Origin: an uncultured cyanobacterium
GTDB taxonomy: Bacteria > Cyanobacteriota > Cyanobacteriia > Phormidesmidales > Phormidesmidaceae
Direction of reading: 5' to 3'
NCBI GenBank assembly: GCA_963803535.1
Contig: CAWDNC010000009.1
Span: 140,571-204,570, forward strand
Length of the DNA: 64,000 bases
A model generated the notes under the pieces. The model ran no database searches. It saw only the letters and a list, made by a program, of their open reading frames with translations, and was not told the origin of the DNA. Below are positions 20,773 to 29,817 of this stretch, piece by piece (positions within the stretch are counted from its first letter, which is position 1; every line of letters starts with the position of its first letter). The translations under genes and the position numbers were made by a program.

Positions 20773-23232
20773 CTAGACGCTCGCCATCGCCTTAGCAGCT
20801 TGCATTTTGCTGAAGGCTCTAACCGGTCGCTTAATCTCTAACGATTCAATATCAATCGCCTCGCCTGCTGCAACGGCTTCGTTGATAGCTGCGATCGCCT
20901 CCAGTTCAGCCTCAGCCTGCTCTCTTTCCGCCCTATCTAGCTCAGCGGCCATAGGAGAGAGCCCCAAGTCCTTAATCACCCAGTCAATGGCCTGGTCTGC
21001 AAACAGATTAACGCTGTCTATGGGTAGGGTAATCGGCGCAATCTCGGTCGGCTCATTTTCCTGGTTCGAGCGCGACTCGGCTGCGATGTCCAAGTCCGGG
21101 GTGTTCAAGAACATCTCATGCAAATCACGAGACATCATTTCAATGCTCAAGCTATCCTCTAAAGAATCAACGGTCAGCTCAGCAGGGGCCTCTGTTAGTC
21201 GAACAGACTGCCCGGTTATCTCTTGCAGTTCAGCCAATATGCGCTGTTCAAAGGCATCAGTACTTTCTTGCTCTCTAGCGCGTTCCGCCTGCCCTTCTCC
21301 AGCCAAGATTTCTTCCAGGCTAAGCGGCCGAGTGAATGGAATCGTTGTAGGGACTTCGGCTTCACTATCAGCTTGAGTACGGTCTATTTGAAGATCGTCT
21401 AGTTGAAGATCATCTATTTGAGGCTTGTCTAGTTGAGAGAGGTCTACCTGAGCACTGGCTATTGGAGAATGACCCAGCTGGGAACGGTTCACAGCCGTAT
21501 GGTTCACAGCCGTAATCACATCCATGGGCTTTACTTCCAACGGACTAACAGACAGCTGGCCGATGCTTGAAAAACCTAGCGTAGAAGCAGTGGCGTTCAG
21601 TTCTAGAAGCTTGTTAATAGAGAGATATTGAGTGGGCTGAATGATTGATGGCCCAGTAGCTGCGAGCTGTAAGTCTGGTGCCAGCGCGCTGGCGAGGCCT
21701 GCATTTTTGAAACGCGCCTTGTGCAGGTCGCCATTTTGAAAGCCTGACTTTTGCAGGTTGGGATCATGAAAGCGGTCAGGCTGTAGGTTCAGCGTGGGGA
21801 CAAAGGCGCGCTGTTTGGAGCGGCGGTAGGCAGAAATTGTGGCGATCGCCCCTGCCGCTAGCACCGTGTAAATAATGGCCTGAGCGCTAGAATCTTTGGG
21901 AAGCTGAGGCGCCAGCTTTTTCGCCCGGGCCATTACCAAATCACTGCCCGCCTCCTGTCGCGGTAAAGGCTGCTTATCAACAATTGCCTGACGCTCGGCC
22001 TCATACTGACTCACCATCTGTAGTGCCGTCTGCTCTGCCCGCTGAAGCTGCTCGTATTCTCCAACGTTTCCAGCCAGCTGACTTTGGCGAGTTTTGAGCT
22101 TTTGCTCAATGTTGGCAATGGTCTCCTGGCGCAGCAGCTGCACTTGCTGATCGTGAGTGGCCGTCACCAGGCTTTGCACAACGTTGAGTGAGTCTGGCAC
22201 GCGCTGAATAAAGCTAGGAATGACCGTGTTAGGGTTCATCAAGTATGCGCCCAGCACTTCGGTGGCCACGCCTTGCAGCGCCTGCTGGTTGTACTCGTAG
22301 TCATCGTAAATTTCGTTGAGCGCCGTCGCGTCAATTTTGGCTCGACTGAATTCTTCCAGCAGATTTTGCTCGGTGAGCTTCAGCTTCTCCCACTTAGCCT
22401 GGTACTCCGAACTTTGGTCTAAGGCTCTTTGTGCTAAGCCAACCTCAGCATCCATGCTAGCTAGCTGCTGCTTAAGGTTGCCAACACGCTGCTGCGTTTG
22501 TTCAATCGTGATCGCCAGCTTACTTTTCTGCTGAATAATTTCCGTCAGGCGATCGGCGAGCACCTGCTGGTAGGCCGTCATATTCTGCTGCGCGTGCGCG
22601 GCCTCAAAATCTCGTAGTTTGGCCTGAGCAGCCTTCACCTGCTGCCGTGCCTTTGGCAGCTGCCTATCGATGTAGTCAATGCCTGTACAGCGACTGCCTG
22701 AGCACTGACTAGCTGTTTGGCCAGCTGCTTGATCCGTTTTTGGGCTGTTTTTTGGGCTAGCTTCCTGAGTCAGGTTTCTAAGCGTCGACTGCGTTTCAGC
22801 TGACTGGCCGGCACTGCCGGCTGGAGCCGATAGTGTCCAGCTGCCATCGTCTGCCTGCTTTATGAGGGGCGCCGATTCGCTTTGAGTGCTAGCAGCAGCG
22901 TTGCTAGCAGGGCTAAAATTCGCCTGAGCGACCGGAGAAGTTTGGGCTAAGACGGCACGGCCCTGACTGATCGCATCGGTAACGGTGCTTTTATTGGTCT
23001 GCGCGGTTTGTGCGGGTGAAATTGTCTCAGCAGGAGCGGGTTGATAGGCGATCGCGGGCTCTGCGACCAGCGGTAGGACGACGCCTGCGGCTGCACTGGT
23101 AATAGTTCCAGCCTGCACCCAGCCATGCTTTATAGCCCAGTGCTTAGCACTATCCGATAGAGGCGATCGCGCTTCCAAACGGTGACTTACTTTCAATCCA
23201 TCCATTACTCTGGCGTCTTTGGGAGGCTGCAT
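20773..23232 (-). CDS. Membrane-anchored protein with a GumC/Wzc-like coiled-coil region and long acidic tail, no kinase domain
   Basis: N-terminal hydrophobic segment, 'IDYIDRQLPKARQQVKAAQAKLRDFE' resembles GumC periplasmic helices, one TM (AIIYTVLAAGAIATISAY), D/E-rich C-terminus. Confidence 0.6.
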   Translation of the reverse strand: MQPPKDARVMDGLKVSHRLEARSPLSDSAKHWAIKHGWVQAGTITSAAAGVVLPLVAEPAIAYQPAPAETISPAQTAQTNKSTVTDAISQGRAVLAQTSPVAQANFSPASNAAASTQSESAPLIKQADDGSWTLSAPAGSAGQSAETQSTLRNLTQEASPKNSPKTDQAAGQTASQCSGSRCTGIDYIDRQLPKARQQVKAAQAKLRDFEAAHAQQNMTAYQQVLADRLTEIIQQKSKLAITIEQTQQRVGNLKQQLASMDAEVGLAQRALDQSSEYQAKWEKLKLTEQNLLEEFSRAKIDATALNEIYDDYEYNQQALQGVATEVLGAYLMNPNTVIPSFIQRVPDSLNVVQSLVTATHDQQVQLLRQETIANIEQKLKTRQSQLAGNVGEYEQLQRAEQTALQMVSQYEAERQAIVDKQPLPRQEAGSDLVMARAKKLAPQLPKDSSAQAIIYTVLAAGAIATISAYRRSKQRAFVPTLNLQPDRFHDPNLQKSGFQNGDLHKARFKNAGLASALAPDLQLAATGPSIIQPTQYLSINKLLELNATASTLGFSSIGQLSVSPLEVKPMDVITAVNHTAVNRSQLGHSPIASAQVDLSQLDKPQIDDLQLDDLQIDRTQADSEAEVPTTIPFTRPLSLEEILAGEGQAERAREQESTDAFEQRILAELQEITGQSVRLTEAPAELTVDSLEDSLSIEMMSRDLHEMFLNTPDLDIAAESRSNQENEPTEIAPITLPIDSVNLFADQAIDWVIKDLGLSPMAAELDRAEREQAEAELEAIAAINEAVAAGEAIDIESLEIKRPVRAFSKMQAAKAMASV

Positions 23233-23486
23233 GTAGACCTGCTGGGATGTGAGAACAAGCAGTTGTGTCAATAAAAAAAACACTTTTTCTTACCCCTCTA
23301 TACAAGAACTGAACGCGGCCCTCCGGGTGATAGCCTGTACGTGTACTAGAACGAGCTTTGCACCTAGAGCTTTGCACCTAGACCTACGGTGCCCAAAGCG
23401 ACAAAACAAATAAACTTGTTTTAACTCTATTTTCTATAGACCTTCTCGAATCGTTCTGTGAGACCCGCGCTGCTAGCACTTTGAAA

Positions 23487-24668
23487 ATGGCTTTTGACTT
23501 TACAACGCTCTCATCACTCTACAAATCCACGCTGTTAGACAACGTTGTCCCCTTTTGGGAACAACATTCTATCGACCAGAAATACGGCGGCTATTTTACC
23601 TGCCTCGCACGTGATGGCAGCGTATACGACACCGACAAGTTTATCTGGCTGCAAAACCGTCAGGTGTGGCTATTTTCGATGCTGTGCAATCAGCTTAAAG
23701 ATCAGCCTGAACAGAAGAAGCGGTGGTTAGCGATCGCACAGGGAGGCGCTGACTTTTTAGCCGCTCACGGACGCGACGCCGAAGGCAACTGGTACTTCTC
23801 TCTCAACCGAGAAGGCCAGCCCCTGGTGCAGCCCTACAACATTTTTTCAGACTGCTTCGCTGCCATGGCATTTAGTCAATACGCGCTGGCCTCGGGTGAA
23901 GACGCCGCCAAAGAAATTGCGTTGCAGGCTTATCACAACGTTCTGCGCCGTCAGGACGATCCTAAGGGCAAGTACAACAAAGCTTATCCAGGCACCCGGC
24001 AGCTTAAGTCCTTAGCGGTTCCTATGATTCTCGCCAATCTCTCGTTAGAGATGGACTGGCTCCTGGCTGATGCTCAGCTAGATGCGGTGCTAGATAAAAC
24101 GGTTCATGAGGTGATGGAAGATTTTTTGCACGGCGGCCTAATGTATGAGCACATCACGCCAGAGGGAAAGCAGGTGGACTGCTATGAAGGGCGACTGATC
24201 AATCCAGGACATGGAATTGAGGCGATGTGGTTCATGATGGCGATCGCCCAAAGAAAGAACAACAAAGCTCTCAGCAACCGAGCCACCGATGTTGTCCTCA
24301 ACATTCTCAACTACGCCTGGGATGAGCAATACGGCGGCCTCTACTACTTCATGGACGCCCAGGGCCATCCGCCGCACCAGCTGGAGTGGGATCAAAAGCT
24401 GTGGTGGGTGCATTTAGAAACGCTGGTGGCGCTGGCAATGGCCTACAAAATAACCGGGCGTGAAGACTGCTGGATTTGGTACCAGAAGGTGCATGAGTAC
24501 ACCTGGAATCACTTTGCAGATGCTGAAGCGGGTGAGTGGTATGGCTATCTCAACCGGCGGGGGGAAGTGCTGCTGCCTTTAAAAGGGGGAAAGTGGAAGG
24601 GCTGTTTTCATGTGCCTAGGGCACTGTATTTGTGCTGGCAGACGTTTGAGGAATTGAGTCAATGTTAA
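23487..24668 (+). CDS. N-acylglucosamine 2-epimerase (AGE family)
   Basis: [53 protein letters not shown]. Confidence 0.93.
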   Translation: MAFDFTTLSSLYKSTLLDNVVPFWEQHSIDQKYGGYFTCLARDGSVYDTDKFIWLQNRQVWLFSMLCNQLKDQPEQKKRWLAIAQGGADFLAAHGRDAEGNWYFSLNREGQPLVQPYNIFSDCFAAMAFSQYALASGEDAAKEIALQAYHNVLRRQDDPKGKYNKAYPGTRQLKSLAVPMILANLSLEMDWLLADAQLDAVLDKTVHEVMEDFLHGGLMYEHITPEGKQVDCYEGRLINPGHGIEAMWFMMAIAQRKNNKALSNRATDVVLNILNYAWDEQYGGLYYFMDAQGHPPHQLEWDQKLWWVHLETLVALAMAYKITGREDCWIWYQKVHEYTWNHFADAEAGEWYGYLNRRGEVLLPLKGGKWKGCFHVPRALYLCWQTFEELSQC

Positions 24669-25079
24669 AAATCTCCAGTATGGTTTCGATTCCAGACAGT
24701 GAGATTGAGATGAGTGCGATGCGATCGCAGGGCGCGGGCGGTCAAAATGTAAACAAGGTAGAAACCGCCGTTCACTTGCGTTTCGATATCGACAGCCTCT
24801 TCGCTGCCCGACTATTACAAACGGCGGCTGCTGAAGCTGCGCGATAAGCGGATGACTAAAGATGGCGTGATTGTGATCAAGTCGCAACAGCATCGCTCTC
24901 AAATGCGCAACCGGGAAGACGCTTTGGCGCGCTTGCAGGAAATGGTGAAGTCGGTGACGGTGCTGCCGAAAAAACGAAAGCCAACGAAGCCAACGAAGGG
25001 AGCGAAGCGGCGGCGGCTAGAAGGGAAAAAGAAGCGATCGCAGCTTAAGGCCACCCGAAAAAATGTCGATATGGAATAG
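24662..25079 (+). CDS. arfB: Alternative ribosome rescue peptidyl-tRNA hydrolase ArfB; apparent frameshift near 24792
   Basis: [12 protein letters not shown] (GGQ motif); basic tail [21 protein letters not shown]; removing one A in 'gacagcc' restores ...[13 protein letters not shown]... Confidence 0.9.
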
Positions 25080-25209
25080 CCCCAGAACTTACATCGGTGC
25101 TTTACGGTGGCTCCACCTAATCGCTTCCTAATCGCTTCACTTACTTAGCCGAACATGGGAAGCTGTTACTTCAGGCTACATGCTACCGATAGAAGCGGGA
25201 ATTTTCCGT

Positions 25210-25977
25210 ATGACCAGTGCGCACCCTCATCTGAAGATTGCTAAAGAACTCGATTTGGAGTCGCTAAACCAAACCTTTGACCAGGCAAAAGCCACCGAAC
25301 TCATTAAGTGGGGGCATGACACCTTTGGTGAAGGGCTGGTGATGAGCACCAGCTTCGGCATTCAGTCAGCGGTGATGCTGGGCCTGGTGACCAGCGTAGT
25401 CCCTGATATCCCAGTGATTTGGGTCGATACGGGCTACTTACCGGTAGAAACCTATCGCTTTGCCGAAAAGCTGATCAAGCGTCTGTCGCTCAATATCAAG
25501 GTGTATCAGTCGCCGCTGAGTCCGGCGCGGATGGAAGCGCTATATGGGCGGCTATGGGAAGAGGGCACAATTGAGGCTTTTAATAAGTACGACAGCATTC
25601 GGAAGGTAGAGCCCATGCACAGGGCGCTAAAAGACTTAGGCGCAACGGCTTGGCTGACAGGGCTGCGGGCAAAGCAAACAGACCATCGTAAAACGCTTGA
25701 CCGCATTGAGATGCAGGCAAATCGATACAAGCTACTGCCGATTCTGCACTGGACATCGAGAGATGTGTATATGTATTTGAAGGCGAATGATCTGCCCTAT
25801 CATCCGCTGTGGACGGAGGGCTATGTGAGCGTGGGTGATGCACACTCCAGCAGGCCGCTCGGCGCAGATGATAAGGACGGTAGGGCCACGCGGTTTAACG
25901 GGCTAAAGCAGGAGTGCGGCATTCATATTCCGCAGACGCCGGAAGAGGCTGAGAGCTTGAATTCTAGTTCGCTGTAG
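25210..25977 (+). CDS. cysH: Phosphoadenylyl-sulfate reductase
   Basis: [36 protein letters not shown]. Confidence 0.95.
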   Translation: MTSAHPHLKIAKELDLESLNQTFDQAKATELIKWGHDTFGEGLVMSTSFGIQSAVMLGLVTSVVPDIPVIWVDTGYLPVETYRFAEKLIKRLSLNIKVYQSPLSPARMEALYGRLWEEGTIEAFNKYDSIRKVEPMHRALKDLGATAWLTGLRAKQTDHRKTLDRIEMQANRYKLLPILHWTSRDVYMYLKANDLPYHPLWTEGYVSVGDAHSSRPLGADDKDGRATRFNGLKQECGIHIPQTPEEAESLNSSSL

Positions 25978-25990
25978 GAGGGTTTGAAAG

Positions 25991-27157
25991 ATGATGGATG
26001 ATGACTTGCGAGAGATTGCGCAGCAGTTTGCGAATGGGCATGAGGTGAAGGCGATCGCACCTTTAGGCAACGGCAACATCAACAGCACTTTTTTAGTAAC
26101 CATTGAGCCTATAGCTGAGCAGGCAGCCGCGCCGACAGAAGACGCCACTCCGCGATTTGTCCTTCAGCGTATCAACCGGCAAGTTTTTCGCCAGCCTAAG
26201 CTCGTCATTCAAAATATGGTGACACTGAGCAATCACCTGAGCAATCACCTGAGCAATCACCTGGACGATCACCTGGGCCAGTCAGCTATCAAGCCGTCTC
26301 GCCGTTGGGAAACGCCCCGCATTCTGCCCACCCAGCAAGGCGAACATTTTTGGATAGATACAGCAGGTGAATACTGGCGAGCCATTAGCTTTATTGAAGG
26401 CGCTCACGTCTTTGAAACCGTCACGAATGTTGCCCACGCCAAAGAAATCGGCTACGGCCTCGCCATGTTCCACCGCCTAATTAGCACGCTACCGGCCAAT
26501 CAGCTGGCAGACACGCTACCGGGCTTTCACATCACGCCGACTTACCTAGCAGACTATGAACAGATATTGAACGAGCGTCACCCAGATCTTTTAGAAAAAG
26601 ACTCCAAAGAAACTCAATTCTGTCTAGCGTTTATCGCCGCGCGCAAGGATGGGGCGAATGTGTTGGAGCAAGCAAAAGCGAACGGACATTTACAGCTACG
26701 CCCGATTCATGGCGATCCAAAGGTAAACAACATCATGATGGGCGCTAACGGCGAGGCGGTGAGCCTAATTGACTTAGACACTATCAAACCTGGGCTGGTT
26801 CACTACGATATTGGCGACTGCCTGCGATCAGGGTGCAACCCGCTGGGTGAGGAAACAGAGGACTGGGAGCAGGTCGTTTTCGATGCAGACTTAGCGCGGG
26901 CAATGCTGCAAGGCTATCTATCCTTAGCAGGCGATTTTTTGACTGAGAAAGACTACGACTACCTGTATGACGGCATTCGCCTGATTGCGTTTGAGCTGGG
27001 GCTAAGATTTTTTACGGACTACCTGGCAGGCAATGTGTACTTTAAGGTGAAGCATCCAGCGCACAATCTCACTCGCGCGCTGGTACAGTTTAGACTTACT
27101 GAAAGCATTGAACAGCAGGCGGATACGCTACGGGCCATCATTCAGGCGCTGCGATGA
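25991..27157 (+). CDS. Aminoglycoside-phosphotransferase-fold kinase (N-acetylhexosamine kinase-like)
   Basis: LGNGNINSTF, FVLQRIN, IHGDPKVNN and IDLDT motifs; contains 12-bp tandem (LSNH)x3. Confidence 0.8.
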   Translation: MMDDDLREIAQQFANGHEVKAIAPLGNGNINSTFLVTIEPIAEQAAAPTEDATPRFVLQRINRQVFRQPKLVIQNMVTLSNHLSNHLSNHLDDHLGQSAIKPSRRWETPRILPTQQGEHFWIDTAGEYWRAISFIEGAHVFETVTNVAHAKEIGYGLAMFHRLISTLPANQLADTLPGFHITPTYLADYEQILNERHPDLLEKDSKETQFCLAFIAARKDGANVLEQAKANGHLQLRPIHGDPKVNNIMMGANGEAVSLIDLDTIKPGLVHYDIGDCLRSGCNPLGEETEDWEQVVFDADLARAMLQGYLSLAGDFLTEKDYDYLYDGIRLIAFELGLRFFTDYLAGNVYFKVKHPAHNLTRALVQFRLTESIEQQADTLRAIIQALR

Positions 27158-27771
27158 AGGACACTGCGATGAGGGCGCTAGGCACGTTTGTATTGCAGCC
27201 GTTTGCAGCAGATGGCCAAGCAGATGGCCAGACAGATGGCCAAGCAGATGGTCAAACAGATAAACAGACAGCTGAGCTGTCGCTAAACGCTGAGGTTTCT
27301 CGGAGCCAGACCCTGCTCTCTATTGTCTATACGCTGTCGGGACACCTGAGTTCGGTGGTGATTCCGGCAGTAGGGCAAAGCTCGGAAAGGCGCGATCGCC
27401 TGTGGGAAAAAACCTGCTTCGAGTTCTTCATTATGCAGGGAGAAAAGCCTTCCAAAACATCGCCCTACTGGGAGTTCAACCTATCTCCTACGGGTGAGTG
27501 GAATGTGTTCGCACTCAGCGGCTATCGAGACGGCTTGAAAGAAGAATCGGCCTTCTCTACTATGCCTTTCACAGTGCGCACTTCACCCACTGAGCTATAT
27601 CTACAGATATCAGTAGATATAGCTTCGCTGCCGCTGACCGCCGAGCCCCTGTTTTTGGGCGTGAGCGCGGTTCTTTTACTGGCAAAAGAACGAGAGACTT
27701 TTTGGGCCGTTGCCCATTCGCCTTCAGAAGCCGACTTTCATCATCCTGATAGCTTTGTGATTCCGCTTTAG
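27154..27771 (+). CDS. DOMON-like domain protein
   Basis: LWEKTCFEFF, YWEFNLSPTGEWN...F.GYR, FWAVAH...ADFHHPDSF; ATGA overlap with the upstream kinase. Confidence 0.8.
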   Translation: MKDTAMRALGTFVLQPFAADGQADGQTDGQADGQTDKQTAELSLNAEVSRSQTLLSIVYTLSGHLSSVVIPAVGQSSERRDRLWEKTCFEFFIMQGEKPSKTSPYWEFNLSPTGEWNVFALSGYRDGLKEESAFSTMPFTVRTSPTELYLQISVDIASLPLTAEPLFLGVSAVLLLAKERETFWAVAHSPSEADFHHPDSFVIPL

Positions 27772-27846
27772 GTAAATACCGCATGGTACGGTAGGAAAGT
27801 ATTGCGCCAAGCTCCAAAACGTCAAAAAAATCCTCAAACGCAAGCG

Positions 27847-28143
27847 ATGTCTGTCCCGACCCAAGGCCAATCTCCGGCCAAAACTGTTTTTTTGCTAGCC
27901 TCTATGGTGGGCTGGCTGATTGTTGGCGCTTCGCTGATCTATTTAGTGCCCGCCGCTGCGAATTCATTCAACCCTTCTGAGCTCACCGCGACCTGGATGG
28001 AAACGCTGGGCCGAAGTGGCTATAACCCAAAAATGGCGGTAATTGGCGGCGGCGCAGCATTCGTGCTCACCGTAGCCGGAAACGCGCTGTGGTACCAAAC
28101 CCTGCAAGATAAGTACCAGGCAAAACCTAAACGCAAGGCTTAG
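27847..28143 (+). CDS. Small hypothetical membrane protein (2 TM)
   Basis: Two hydrophobic segments; co-oriented within the gene run. Confidence 0.65.
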   Translation: MSVPTQGQSPAKTVFLLASMVGWLIVGASLIYLVPAAANSFNPSELTATWMETLGRSGYNPKMAVIGGGAAFVLTVAGNALWYQTLQDKYQAKPKRKA

Positions 28144-28149
28144 CTCGTC

Positions 28150-28845
28150 ATGAAAACGATTGGATTGCTGGGCGGCATGAGCTGGGAATCAACCATTGAG
28201 TACTACCGGCTGCTGAATCAAATGGTCAAAGCCGAGCTGGGCGGACTGCACTCTGCCAAAATTCTGATGTACTCGTTTGACTTTGAGGAGCTGGTTTACC
28301 TTAAGCACAAAGGTGACTGGAGCAGAATCGGACGGCTGCTGGCTGAGGCCGCTGTTGATTTGGAAGGCGGGGGCGCGGACTGCATTTTGCTAGCCACCAA
28401 TACGATGCACAAAGTTGCCGATGCGATTACGGTGGCCACGTCTATTCCTTTAATTCACATTGCCGATGCGACGGCCGAAGAGATTAAGCGGCAGGGCGTG
28501 AATAGAGTGGGACTGTTGGGAACGCGCTTTACGATGGAAGAGTCTTTTTATAAGGATCGGCTGATATATCAGCATGGGCTGGCGGTGCAGGTGCCCAATG
28601 GAGAGGAGCGCGATCTGGTTCACGATGTGATTTATGATGAGCTGTGTTTGGGAGATATTCGGCAGCGATCGCGCGATCGCTATCGCCAAGTCATCAACAA
28701 TCTGGTTAACTCAGGCGCTGAAGCGATCATTTTAGGCTGCACGGAAATCGGCCTGCTGGTGAAGCCCGAAGATAGCCCAGTGCCGCTGTTTGACACCACC
28801 GAAATTCATGCCGCCGCAGCCGTAAAGTGGGCAATTTCCGAGTAG
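28150..28845 (+). CDS. Aspartate/glutamate racemase family (YgeA/RacX-like)
   Basis: MKTIGLLGGMSWEST, ATNTMH, VGLLGTRFTME, IILGCTEI; first catalytic position reads A-T-N-T instead of C-T/A-N-T. Confidence 0.9.
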   Translation: MKTIGLLGGMSWESTIEYYRLLNQMVKAELGGLHSAKILMYSFDFEELVYLKHKGDWSRIGRLLAEAAVDLEGGGADCILLATNTMHKVADAITVATSIPLIHIADATAEEIKRQGVNRVGLLGTRFTMEESFYKDRLIYQHGLAVQVPNGEERDLVHDVIYDELCLGDIRQRSRDRYRQVINNLVNSGAEAIILGCTEIGLLVKPEDSPVPLFDTTEIHAAAAVKWAISE

Positions 28846-29763
28846 CTATAGAGACTTTAGCCATTGATCTAAATCGCCTAAGTCTTTGAGATCAAATATC
28901 GCTTCACCGAGTGCCTCTAAGCTCGCAGTAGGTAGCTCAAACACAGACTTCTGAAGCGTGCTTGAAAGGGTTCCAAAGCGCTTCGTTAGCATCCTATTAA
29001 TAAGGTTTGCCGCTTCTTCTCGACGGCCCTGCTCAATGCCTTGCTCAATGCCTTGCTCAATGCCCTGCTCAATGCCCTTAACAAGACCTTGCTCAAGACC
29101 TTTTTTTTCTGCGGCTTCTTTGACTTCTTGATAAACCCGCGTCTCTTCAAAGGTAATATCTAGCATCGCCTCTACCTCTTTTGTACTTAGCTGTTTGAAC
29201 TTGTATGAGATGATCGTGGTGACCATTTCTATGATGGCACGACTTTCAGATTGATGAACTTCTCGCTCTGATCTCTCAATGATGTAGCGAGCCTCCGACG
29301 GGGCCTGTTTTTCCTTCACCGTTGTGAGCATCATAAGTGCGACCCAGATAGGTTGGCTTCTGATGTTGCCTAGCTGGTCAAGAAAAATGCGATGTGTCTG
29401 CCCGTTATTTAGTAAGCTGCGATGAGGATACAGCTTGTTTTGCTCAGTGCTTCGCGATGGGTAGATAACGACCACCTGCCAGTCACTGAACTTTTCACAG
29501 TTACGGTAAAAGTATAGTGCTGTTTCGGCAAAGATTCTTTCGTAAAGCTTTTCATCTTTTTGAAACTGAACTTCAACAAAGAAAACGGGGTCTATACTAC
29601 CTTCTGGTGGGAGCAGTACGCCGTCAATCTCAAATTTTGGCTCTTTGACAGCTACCGAATCAAAGCGGTAGCGATCTGCGTTGTCAGGGATCGTAGGAAC
29701 CAGTTCAAATAAAAGAGTTGGTGACTGCCTAAACAGCTTGTAGAAAATAGTATCTCGCTTCAT
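28846..29763 (-). CDS. DUF2887/Rpn-type PD-(D/E)XK nuclease-like protein with C-terminal DUF4351-like region
   Basis: MKRDTIFYKLF, Y.F.SVAVKE..F.IDG, FVEVQFQKD; (GIEQ)n 12-bp repeats at about 29027-29077. Confidence 0.85.
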   Translation of the reverse strand: MKRDTIFYKLFRQSPTLLFELVPTIPDNADRYRFDSVAVKEPKFEIDGVLLPPEGSIDPVFFVEVQFQKDEKLYERIFAETALYFYRNCEKFSDWQVVVIYPSRSTEQNKLYPHRSLLNNGQTHRIFLDQLGNIRSQPIWVALMMLTTVKEKQAPSEARYIIERSEREVHQSESRAIIEMVTTIISYKFKQLSTKEVEAMLDITFEETRVYQEVKEAAEKKGLEQGLVKGIEQGIEQGIEQGIEQGRREEAANLINRMLTKRFGTLSSTLQKSVFELPTASLEALGEAIFDLKDLGDLDQWLKSL

Positions 29764-29817
29764 ATGGTTGCGATCGCGACGATGAATGAGCTGCCTGAAC
29801 GTGAAGAAGCTATTGTA

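Noticed and set aside
24780-24860. Programmed frameshift in arfB (by analogy with prfB)
   Set aside because: No CTT-TGA slippery site or internal SD; it matches the single-base insertion pattern seen in many other genes here.
28846-29763. DUF2887/Rpn gene as an active transposon, and its GIEQ repeats as phase variation
   Set aside because: Common multicopy cyanobacterial family; no terminal repeats or target duplication seen; the 12-bp repeats are in frame and typical.
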